Shown here: positions 49,301 to 60,600 of the stretch, in pieces
Position numbering within the stretch: the first letter of the stretch is position 1
How the letters are laid out: each line of letters begins with the position of its first letter
DNA from: Euglena gracilis
Taxonomy: Eukaryota
Direction of reading: 5' to 3'
Length of the DNA: 64,000 nt
Assembly: GCA_039621445.1 (NCBI GenBank)
Contig: CP154954.1
Coordinates: 47,843,847 to 47,907,846 of the forward strand
Program-made: the position numbers and the translations under genes
Notes under the pieces: model-generated
Databases searched by the model: none
What the model was told of the DNA's origin: nothing
The model's input: the letters and a program-made list of their open reading frames with translations, nothing else

Positions 49301-50441
49301 TGTTGCTGCTGTCATGTTCGCCCCCCTCCGGCCTGCCAGGCGACGCAACACCATCCCGGACTGCAGCATGGCAGGGCGTGAACCACCGGGAGAGAGGCAC
49401 AGCCCCAGACCCAATGCCTGCGTGGGACGATGTGTATCAGCGAGGGGCCCCGGCCAGGACCCGGACGGCATCCGGGGAGAAGTTGTACTGCTGGCAGAGC
49501 ATGTCAGCCACGTGGCGGGCATCATTGATGCAGCCCCACAGCCGGTGGCAGGGGCGCCTCTCCCCTCGGCCAAACCCCTACACGTGTGTGTAGGTGTGTG
49601 TGTTTGTGCGCGCTCGCGCATGTCTGCGTGCGTGCATGCGTGTGTGCGTGCGTATGTGTCTGCGTGTGTGTGTGTGTGTGTGTGTGCGTGCGTGTGTGCG
49701 TGTATGTGTGTGTGCCAGCGTGCAGGCGCGCGTGCTTGGGGGCAGGCGGATGTGTGGGTGTGTGCGGAGACGAACCACAAGAACCACAACCCCTGGCCGG
49801 CCCAGGGTGCACGTGAGGTAGTTGATGCCGACCACCAGCGCCCGGCGGCTGCGGCGCGGCGTGCCCACCTGAGGCGGGATGTGGTGCAGGGCGGCGCCTC
49901 ATCGGGCCGTTGGGGGGGGGTGGAGTGGCACGGGAAGGCCAAGGGGGAGTGGAGTCGATCAGTCGGACCCCCGGCTTAGGCCTGGCTTCGGCCTGGCTTT
50001 AGCCTGGCTTCGGCCTGGCTTTAGCCTGGCATCGGCCTGGCTTCGGCCTGGCTTCGGCCTGGCTTCGGTCCCCCCCCCCGTCTCGGAGACTTCCATTAAG
50101 CCTGGGGAGGGGGAGAGCTGGGTTTGACGGGAGGCCAACGTTGGGGGCGGCTGGTCCGGACCCTCGCCTACGGGGCCAGGCGAGGACCGGGGGGGGGGGG
50201 GGGGGGGCCGCCCTAGTGGTACGGCTTCCCGACGCAGGTGAGCACCGCCGGGTCCTGGAAGCAGAGCCGCACGGCGACGGTCACGAAGCCTGAGGAGGCG
50301 CTGCTGAGGGGCGGGCAGAGCCGGTACTCGTTGACGAGGGAGCCCCGCTGGGCGGTGATGGCCACTGTGGCCTGCCCCACGATTCGGTCCTGCAACGCAA
50401 TGGACGGTGTGGGTCGTCATTGTGCAGTTGCGCGCTAACCC

Positions 50442-50504
<63 letters not shown>

Positions 50505-51900
50505 GTGCGTGTGTGTGTGTGTGTGTGTGCATGTGTATGTGTGTGTGAATGTGTGTGTCTGTGTGTGTGTGTGTGCGTGCGTGTGTGTGGGTGTGTGGGT
50601 GTGTGTGCGTGTGTGCTTGTGTGTATGTGTGTGTATGTGCGCGTATGTGTGTGCGTGTGCGTGTGTATGTGTGTGTGTGTGCGGGCATATGTGTGTGTGT
50701 GTGTATGTGTGTTGTGTGTGTGTGTGTGTGTCCTTGTTGATTGCAGACGTGGTTGCGGGCTCATATCCAGAATGCTGTATGAATGCACATTGGACACTGT
50801 GGGGTACACCTCACTTGTCTTGTCACGGTGCTTTAACACCACCGTTACGGACTTTGGTGATGGTTGACTGGAGAGTATGACAAACTCCAACGTTGGCAAC
50901 AGGCAGGTCGAATAAGGAGGTTGCGAACCGCCAATGATGTCAAACCCACCGAGGACCCAAAAGAGTGAGGATGAGGAGGATGCTCCCGGATGGAGCGCAC
51001 ACCATACCCAGGCTGCCTGGCTGTGTAGTCAAGGGCCACAACCCCCTCCCCCGTGGGAAACAGGTTGGTCCGACCCTTGGGTTTCGGGCAAACATATGCA
51101 ATTTGTTGACCAAAAAATTCAAAAATGACAAAAAAAATTGAGAGAATTTTTCATCTCAGGGAAAGATTGGGGGCAAAAACAAGAATTTTTCATTGTCGAA
51201 AAATTTCTCCAGCAAAAATAAAAAACACTGGGAAAACACACACACACACACACAAACGAGAAAAACGCAAATTTTGTAACATGCAAAAAAACCTGTGTGT
51301 GTTCCCGCCAGGGGTTTTTTTAAGACCGGGGGGGGGAGTGGCGGAGCCCCCCCTACCCACCAACCCCCCTGGGGGGGGCCCCCCGGGGGGGGGGGGGGAG
51401 GGGGTCTCGGGGGACCCACAAAAAAACGGCCGAAAAATCGCGAAAAGTGCTAAAAATAGAATTTTTCGGCGCCTGCGGCGCCGAAAAGTATATCCCACCG
51501 CCCTCCGGGGGGGGACCCCCCCCCCCCGGGGGGGGGGGGGGGTGCGGCGGACCCACCTACCCTACCCCCCCCCTCCCTCCCCCCGGGGGTCCAAACTTAA
51601 AAAAATCCCTGGTTCCCGCCCTGCTAAAGAAACAGCAACTGAATTACCAGGAAACCAAGGCCAGTGCCGCAAATGTTTCACAGAGGGGAGGTGGCTGAAT
51701 CGTCCGGCCTGGGCTCATCCCACTCGGGGCGGCTAGTACAGATCTTGGTCAGCGTGGACTTTTGCCGTCCGTCCACCAGCACCTCTGCGTACACATCGCT
51801 CTCGAGGATGTCGCGCGCACCCATCACCGTGACGGCCACCTGTCGGGGGGGGGGGAGGCAGACACTGTGTGTGTGTGTCTGTGCGTGCGCGCGCGCGCGC

Positions 51901-51945
<45 letters not shown>

Positions 51946-54530
51946 GTATGGGACAGAGCTGGCCGGCAGCAAAAAAAATCGATTTTTCCAAAATATCTCG
52001 ACGATGAAGCAAAATCAAAGAAAATGTCTGGAGAGTAAAAATGAAGCTCTTGGAATGCCCTATCCAACCATGCTTTACTTTTCCCCCAACCCTTTGGGCT
52101 ACACGGCCATTTTTCAGCCAAATTTTGGCGCGGCTCTGCTCCGCTCGGGGAAGTTAAAGGAGCCCAGGAGGCTTCAAGGGTGGGCTGGGCTGGCAGAGTG
52201 GGGGCTCTGCGGCGGGCACGCGGGCCACCCACACCCGGCGGATGAGGCGGGTCTCCGCCACCTCCAGGAGGGCCACCGCACTCTCCGCCACGGCGTAGTG
52301 CGGGTACGCCCGGCCGTACTGCTCCAGCATCGCCGTGAACTGCGCGAAGGTTGGGGTCAGGGGCCCGGCACCCCAGCGCCTGGCTCCCCGTGGCAGGTCA
52401 ACAAGGCCCTCGTAGCACCGCAAAGCATTGCCGTCAGGAACCACATGGGCAACATCACTGCATGGGCGTTTTGCCTCAAACGTTGGCAAGCCCATCTCGT
52501 GCTGCCTTCATATCACCCCCCCCCCCAAAAGGTAACCAACCCCCTGGCTAATGCATCTTGCTCTGGGTCCACAAATAGCCGCCAGTGGAAAATGACGCCC
52601 AGGGCGTTGCCGGATGCGGCCCACCGCTTCCAACAGGCTAAACTGCCAACAACAGGAGAAAGAGCCATTGCTGAACAGGTCCGCCAACACACCCACCCAC
52701 CCACCCACACACACACACACACACATACACACACACACAGACACACAGACACACACACACACACACACACATCACACGAAATGCAGCAGCTTTGCGATGA
52801 TGGCAGGCATTGTGCTGATGGCACAAGGTCACCCTTCAGTCACAATCCGGGTCCGACATGTGGGGGGGTGCAAAACCTGGACCCAAAAATTCGGATCGTA
52901 AAAGAGAGCAATAAGAACAAGAACTCCAAAAAAATGAGGGACCTGAGGGACTAGAACTCGGAAGTGAGGGGCCGCCTCAGTCGCTCCATGACCGCACCGG
53001 AGAGGGCGCCCACGCCACGATGGTCCAGAAGGTCGAAGAGGCGCCGCACGTCGTTGCGCTCGCTGGACGTGGCGGCATAGCGGGCGTCGCACTCCTAGCC
53101 GAAGGGATTGAAAGAATACACGCCGTCCGAGGCAGTTCACCTCAAACTCAGCCATCTGCCCGACGTGAACCCGGTGCGAGGATACACATAGGCCTGCTAA
53201 TACCCCTCCTGTGCTCTTTGGACAGACATTGTGTGCTGTTTGGACAGGCATACTCCCTCCCTCCTGGGTGGGTGGGTGGATGGGTGGGTGAGTGGGTGGG
53301 TGGATGGGCGATTTGGGTGAATAGATTTTTTCTCACACTTCACCAAAAAAAGTTTGTCCCAGAGGGATTGCAATACGCCACCATTTTAAACTGAGGGTGT
53401 CCTTTAAACGAAAGTCGCATCTAGAAGCACAATGTGTACATCCGCAACATGGAAAGCCTGCGATTGGCATCCAGAAAAGCATGGGAGCAAAGAAAGGTTG
53501 GCCCATTTGGACTCATTCCTGCAAGACCTCAAGGATCTCAAGGAGAGTCAGGGTAAAGAGGTGGAGTGGCCAGGTTCTGTGGCGGCCCAACATTCCTGGA
53601 AACAGCTTGCCAAAGGAGTGAGAGAGGCGCGCAATTGGAATCCGACTCGCAATCGGTCAGCAAATGACGAGGCACGGACCTGTTCTGCTGCACCTTCAAC
53701 AAATGCCATGAGTCGCCCTGGCAGATCGCCGTAGGGCAGCTGCAGGCCTGGGGTGCTTACTGCTTTTGTGTACAGCTTTCCAGCTTTCGCACCTTTCAAA
53801 GCTGTAAGGCACCCGAAGCCCAATATCCCTTCTCACAGGTTTCCACGGCATCCTTGGGGGTGAGCGCTTACCGTAAAGAGCTGCCACCCTCCTGGGAGCA
53901 GGGGGGGATCGTACCCCTGTTCCATCATCACCTTGCGTTGGAGGCAGGAGGTTCCCCCCAGCCTGGGCACCTTCTCCCACAGGTGAAGGACAGCCTGCCG
54001 GAAGGCGGGAAACGACAGCTTGGCGGCGGGGGTCGGGGCCGGGGGTGCTGGCCGGCGCTGGCCTGCGTTGCAGCCCGGACAGGGGTTTAAGACCGCGGGG
54101 GGAGGGATCCACTCAATTTTCCCCGAAAATGGTCAAAATCGCTAAAAATAGCACCCTTTTTCAAAAAAATTTCAGCGCCTTCAGCGCCGAAATGTATGTC
54201 CCCCCCCGGGGACCCCGAGGGGGGCTCGGCAGACCCACACCCCGGGTCCAAGACTAAAAAATCCCTGAGCCCGGAGGGGAATGGCCCCAACCTTGCCCAA
54301 CCATGACAGCTCCATCGGGACGCGGGTGGACCGGCGATCTTTTGGCACGGCCGGGCCACACGGCCCAGCCAACCTCCCCCACGGGCCGAGCCAATGCCGG
54401 GGGACGGGGCAGCCCGCGGCCTGCAGCACGACGTGGAGGTCCTGCTCGCTGACCACACCGGCGTGGTCCGGGTCAAAGAAGCGGAACGCCCGCCGCAGCT
54501 GCTGATCGGAGAGCGGCGGGCGGCGGCCCC
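46379..54530 (-). CDS. EF-hand / C2-domain / type I metacaspase-like protein (probably extends upstream through the Pro/Ala-rich exon 54680-55010)
   Basis: EF-like segments [21 protein letters not shown] (~54440-54500) and [17 protein letters not shown] (~53000-53050). C2: [78 protein letters not shown]. Peptidase C14: [81 protein letters not shown]. Joins from 52235 to the stop were checked in frame; joins among the EF exons are not all resolved. Confidence 0.8.
46649..46720. repeat. 11-bp tandem repeat (GCCCAAGTCAG)n inside the last metacaspase intron; another 11-mer array (GGCTTCGGCCT)n at ~49973-50068
   Basis: Seen directly, about 6 and 8 copies. Confidence 0.9.
51309..51611. mobile_element. 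hAT-like MITE (family A) with perfect 8-bp TSD, nested in a nonconventional intron
   Basis: CAGGGGTTTTTTTAAG / CTTAAAAAAATCCCTG; GTTCCCGC at 51301-51308 and 51612-51619. Confidence 0.92.
54080..54267. mobile_element. Short hAT-like MITE (family A-related) with perfect 8-bp TSD
   Basis: CAGGGGTTTAAGAC / GACTAAAAAATCCCTG; AGCCCGGA at 54072-54079 and 54268-54275. Confidence 0.88.
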
Positions 54531-54679
54531 CCTCCACCTTCGCTGTACGCCCCATCCTGCTGTGCCAGGTTGGCCTGGCGGACCGGCCAACCTTTCGGGG
54601 AAGGCCCTCAAGCCGCCTCCATCCCCCCCCCAAACGAGGTGGGCCGCGCTGGGAAGTGGGTGGCCAGCGAGGCGCCAAA

Positions 54680-57600
54680 TCCACACTTGGGGCTGCGCTG
54701 CACGCTGGGGGGAGCGGCGGGGTTGGCCGCGGCGGGGGCGGCGGGCGGGGCCGCCTCCGCGGCCCCCGGGACGGCGGCGGGGGGCTCCGGCGGGGGCGGG
54801 GCGGGAAGTGATGCCGCCGCCGGTGGCGGACGGTCCACCGGTGCGTCGGCGGCGGGCGGCGGCGGGGCCGGCGGGGGCGGCTCGGGTTCCTCACTGGGCG
54901 CCGCCGGCTGGGGGGTGGCTGCGGCCTCGGCTGCAGGGCCGGCGGGCGGGTCGGGCGGGTCGGGCGGATCAGGCGGGCTGGTCAGGGCGGTGGGCGGCGC
55001 CAGTCCCCAGTCTGTGACAATTCGTCGGGGGGGGGGGGTGAGACCGGTTGTCTGGTGATCTGCCTAGCGCCGGTTGGTGAATAATAAAGATTTGAGAGCG
55101 TGGTTTCACAATATAAAAAAATCGAAAAGGCACATCCCGACTGCCCAAGTCGGGTGGGGTTTCCTTGAATGCCTGCTGAGTAGGCGATATTTATTTCGGG
55201 CATATTTTGACCTTAAAAAATGTCCTTCTTTTTGTCCAAAATGACTTAAAATGCATTAAAATGCCTCAAAAACCCTGCAAAACTAAAAATGCCTTACAAA
55301 AACCTCTAAAAAGAACATTCTGGAAGATTGTTCTCCGGATGAATGAAGATGAAGTGACAAAACTCCAGCAAAACAACAACAAGCCAACCCCAGGAAGAAA
55401 AATGATTTGACATCTTTTGAACATTGTCCATCAACCAAGACTTGAAAAGAATGAGCTTTTGCCCTTTTTTATGGTTTCGATACCCACCCCGCCCTGGGGC
55501 CGCCCTTGGAAATATACCTTCAAACCCCTTAAAAATTCCCTTCGGGTGTTTTTTTTGAAATCTTTCCAGCGTTAAGGATGATCTCTGCTGCCGAGACAGG
55601 AACTCGGTCCCCCCAGGGCGCCCGGCAATACAACCGTCAGGAATGGCATCCGCCTCAGGAAAGTCCAGGGGCGGGGTGGCTGGCGGCCAAGGGAAGGGGA
55701 CTGAGAAGGGGACTGGGGGGGCCCGGTTCCCGGAGATCCGTGGCGGGCAGGGGAAAGGCGGGCACGGGGGGAGGGATGAGGGAGGGGGAGCGCTGCGTGG
55801 CCGGGGGCGGCGCCGGGGCGGGTGCCGGCAGCGACCAGCCGGGCTGCCGGTGGGGGGGGGGGGTGGACGTTCACGGGAGGTTGGGTGGCCGTTGGTTTGG
55901 CCGCGGTCGACCGCGACCCAACCTTGGGTAAAATTTTGGTTGGGCCGCGGTCGACCGTCACCCAACCAAAAAAACAGAAATGGTTGGGCCGCGGTCAGCC
56001 GCGGCCCAACCTCCCATGACTGTCCGAGCAGCGTTTCATGGTGACTGACTGACTGGGAGACCATACTAAAACGGAGGAATGCAGAATAACTGAGGCATGC
56101 ACAAACAAGAAATGAGAGGCAACAACTATGGGAGGTGCATCCAGAAGCAGACTGCAGTGCGAAATGGATTGCGTAAACAGAAGCAACAACACGCCAAACC
56201 GCAAGCTAACCCTAAACCTAACTCTATCCCTAACCCTAACCCTATCCCTATCCCTCACCCTAACCTGCATCAGAAAAAATATGTTACTTTTAAAACGCGT
56301 GGAAAATTTCCCCCTACAGGGTACCAGCTACCCCACAGAGTCGCCCAACTAGGGTTAATACACATGGGGGAACCCTCGCTCGGCCCTATTCCTTTTAATA
56401 ACCTCAGAAATTCTCTCGGTACTGGATTATTTTTGAAAAAATTGAAGGATCAGTGCGTTCTGCAAAAGAAAAAATGTGTTTCTCTGACAATGCGTGGAAA
56501 ATATCCCCCTACAGGGTACCAGCTACCCCAAAGAGTCGCCCAACTGGGGTTAATACACATGGGGGGACCCTCGCTCGGCGCCTTCGGCGCCTCGCTCGGG
56601 TCCCCCCATGTTTTTAACCCTAGTTGGGCGACTCTTTGGGTTCGGTGTGCACCCTGTAGAGGGAAACATAGCAACGATGAGCGGGATGGTTGCAACCATG
56701 GGGGATGAAATCTTAACCCTAACCCTATTCCTTCTAATAACCTCAGAAATTCTCCCGGTATGGGAATATTTTTGAATAAAAACATTTATGAATGAGTGCA
56801 TTCCTGCATAAGAAACAACATGTTTCTTTTAAAACGCGTGGAAAATTCCCCCCTACAGGGTACTGGCTACCCCAAAGAGTCGCCCTTCTAGGGTTAATTC
56901 ACATGGGGGGACCATGCCAGTGAAAGATTCATGTCTTCCAGATCGTGCCAATGAAAGAAAAAGAGTTCAAACTGAATTGTCTTCCTCTCTTCCCCTGTTT
57001 GTTCGAGGGCCCCATCACAGTGCATTCTCAGAATAGCGGAGGACGGAGGGAACGGAGTTTGGATCAGTGGCTCGCAGAACAGTGCTCGGACGGTCATGGG
57101 AGGTTGGGTCGCGGTCGGCCGCGGCCAGCTGCGGCCGACCGCGACCCAACCATAAAAATCATTTTGGTTGGGCCGCGGCCCAACCAAACAAAGCTAAATT
57201 TGGCCGTGGTTGGGCCGCGGCCGGCCGCGGCCCAACCAAAATCCTGTTTTGGTTGGGCGACGGTCGGCCGCGGCCGGCCGCGGCACCTACCTCCCACGGA
57301 CCAACCTCCCGTGACATCCCACCCGGTGGGGGGGGGGAGGGCGGCACACGGCACAGACCAGTCCCTCTCCGTGGCCAGAGGGTCGCTGCCTGCGGCGGGG
57401 GCGTCCTCCGGGGCCGGGTCCCCTGTCAGGTCCTCCACCCGGAGGTCCGAATCCTCACTTGGGGCCTCGACCGGCACCCTCCGCTCCGCCACGCTGTCGG
57501 GCGCTGATACCCATGGGCTACCGCCAGCAGGGTCGGTCTGGAGGCGGTGGACACAGCCAGATGCAAAATGATTTTCTTCTGAGAGAATTCAAAAGATAAT

Positions 57601-60600
57601 TTGGTGAATGCATTATGGCATGGCACATAAAATCTGTCTAGCGTAGTGTTGTGGATTTTCAACGCCCTTTGTGGCTTTGTTTTGTTGGTTATATTCGGTC
57701 AGAAGAATCGAACCCGAACATCATATCATGCAATCCGCATATTTAAAATATGAATAACTCCTGTAAATGGCATCTGTCTGTGGATTGTGCAAAGGTTTAG
57801 AGCAGCCAACAAAAAAATTGCACTTTTTACAATTTGCATTTTTGTTATTATTTGCTTCATAATTCTTTGAAATCCCGAAAACCCCCAACAAATTAACAGG
57901 CATATCCGAGATAATTCATCGGTTATGCTTCAACAAAGCGACTGCCCAGGCGGTTCTTGTGGGGCAGCCACGGCTTGGGGGGTGTCATTTGAGGGGCCGG
58001 GTGGGGGGTTGAGGGCCGACTCCAGCTCAGATACATACACCGGCGGTGCGCCGAGAGAGGCGGCGCCTTGCTATGAAGAGACTGCCAGGGAAGGCCTCCA
58101 GATAGATCCGAAGAATTCAAAATTCAAAATGAGTCAACGCGTTGCCTTACTGGAGATTGAGTACTGCAGACCAGAACTGCTGTTCCCACTGCAACTCCCT
58201 TGCACACTCAAAAATTCCTGCCTCACCATTCACACCCCTTCCCACCGGGAGGGAAAGGCAGCTCCTGCCGGCGGTGCGCACTATGGGGCGGCGGCCGTGG
58301 TCCTTCTCGGGGAAGACCGCCAGCCCCGACAGCCCCCGGTGTGGGCCACGGGGCCTCTGTTGCGATGGGAGCTGCATTTTGTGCCTTGACTGATTGGCTG
58401 CCATGGGAAATACAAGCACCGGTGCAGGGGGTCGGACCTGGCGAACCCCAGCTTGTCAGCATAATGCAGGTGCGTGATGGACGTTCTGGGTGGAAACTTG
58501 CTTCTGACTTCTGTGCTGGGGAACACAGGACGAGTCTGGGGGGGACCCGCATAACACAGTGTGCAAACACGCTTGATGCACGCCCAAACATGCGCATGCA
58601 CACGCCGGTTTTCAAAAAAACTAGTGCACACCGACTGACACACTGACCCAAACACGGCGAAGAAGGAACCCCCGGGGTGGGGACTGGTGAAGCGACGACC
58701 GGGCGGTGGACGGCAGAGAGGACAGGGTCGGGGCTTCGGCTGCAGGGGAGGGGGAGGCCGGGGCGGGGGACGCGGGGCCCGAAATGTCGCGTTGGTGGGG
58801 GTCCGCAGAAAGACCGGGGGGGGGGGGGAATCTGCGTGCTTCAAGGCCAGTGGGACGGGAGAGTGGCCAAGCCCAAGCTATGCTGGGCGACTGGCTTTGG
58901 TGGTCGGGGCATTTGGCAAAAAAATAAATGGACCAAAACACATGCTGTTCATCCCCCGTTCGCTTGGAGCAGTTGACGGCAATGTTCTGCCATAAGGGTG
59001 GTCATTCACGGGAGGTGGGGCGACCGTTGGTAGGGCCGCGGCTGGCCGCGGCCAACCGCGGCCCCACCAGAACTTTTTTTAGGTGGGGCTGCGGCCAACC
59101 GCAGCCCCACCAAAATTTTTTATTGGTGGGGCTGCGGCCGGCCGCGGCCCCACCACAGTTACATTTTAAGATGGAGTTTAAAGAAATGGTGGGGCCGCGG
59201 CCGGCCGCGGTCCCACCAAAAAAAAATTTTGGTAGGGCCGCGGCGGGCCGCGGCCCTACCATGCCACAGCACAACGGAATGAGGTGGGGTCGCGGCCGAC
59301 CGCGGTCGACCGCGGTCGGCCGCGACCCCACCCAGAAAAAAGGAAAGGTTGGGTCGCGGTCGGCCGCGGCCGACCGCGACGCAACCTCCCATGACTGTCC
59401 GAGCAGCACTTTCAGGTGAACTGCATGACTCAGTGGGAACAGTAATTGGACATATTGGAGCAGAGGAATGGCATGCACAAACAAGAAATCAAAGGTATTC
59501 CCTGTGGGCAGTGCAGACAGTAGCAGAGCCCACTGCCATGTGGAAGGGAGTGTGGCTTGACGGGGAGGGGGTGGGATGCTGGGAAACAATAATTTGGTAA
59601 CACCACAGAGCCGGAGAAATTTTCAGGCCAACCAAACAGGAATAAAAATACTTTTGAATGAGTGCATTCCTGCATAAGAAAAAATATGTTTCTTTTAAAC
59701 CGGTTGGAAAATTTCCCCCTACAGGGTACCAGCTACCCCAAAGAGTCGCCCAACTAGGGTTAATACACATGGGGGGACCCTCGCTCGGCGCCTTCGGCAC
59801 CTCGCCCGGGTCCCCCCCATGTTTTTCACCCTAGTTGGGCGACTCTTTGGGTTCGCTGTGTACCCTGTAGAGGGAAATATAGCAACGATGAGCGGGATGG
59901 TTGCAACCATTGGGGATGAAATCGTAACCCTAACCCTATTCCTTCTAATAACCTCAGAAATTCTCCCGGTATGGGAATATTTTTAAATAAAATTACTTTT
60001 GAACGAGCGCATTCCTGCGTAAGAAAAAATATTGAACAGTGCTCGGACAGTCATGGGAGGTGGGGTCGCCGACCGCGGCCGGCCGCGGCCGACCGTGGCA
60101 GATGGCGACCCAACCAGAAAATGCATTTTGGTAGGGCCGTGGCCGACCGCGGCCCTAACAAAAAAATGCACTTGGTGGGGCCGCGGCCGACCGTGGCCCC
60201 ACCAAAAAAATTTTTTGGTGGGGCCGCGGTCGGCCGCGGCCCTACCACAGCGAAATTTGGCTGTCAAAATTTTGAATTGGTGGGGCCGCGGTCGGCCGCG
60301 GCCCCACCAAAATATTTTTATGGTGGGGCCGCGGCCGGCCGCAGCCCCACCAATTCAAAATTTTGAGAGCCAAATTTGGCTGTTGTAGGGCCGCGGTCGG
60401 CCGCGGCCCCACCAAAATCCCGTTTTGGTAGGTTGACGGCCGGCCGCGGCCGACCGCGGCACCCACCTCCCACGAACCCACCTCCCGTGACATCCCACCC
60501 CTGCCAGAATGCCTGGTGGAGGGCCACACCCTCAGTCAATCAAATATTTTCCTACTAAATGTGCCGCAGTCCACCTCTCTCCACAAAAACACTGATATTT

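Noticed and set aside
54072-54275. MITE possibly acting as an intron like 3065-3508
   Set aside because: I could not show that both flanks are exonic; it more likely sits inside a larger intron.
55865-60500. Regularly spaced palindromic repeats resembling a CRISPR or REP array
   Set aside because: Units are degenerate, spacers are related to one another, there are no cas genes, and the context is eukaryotic intron.
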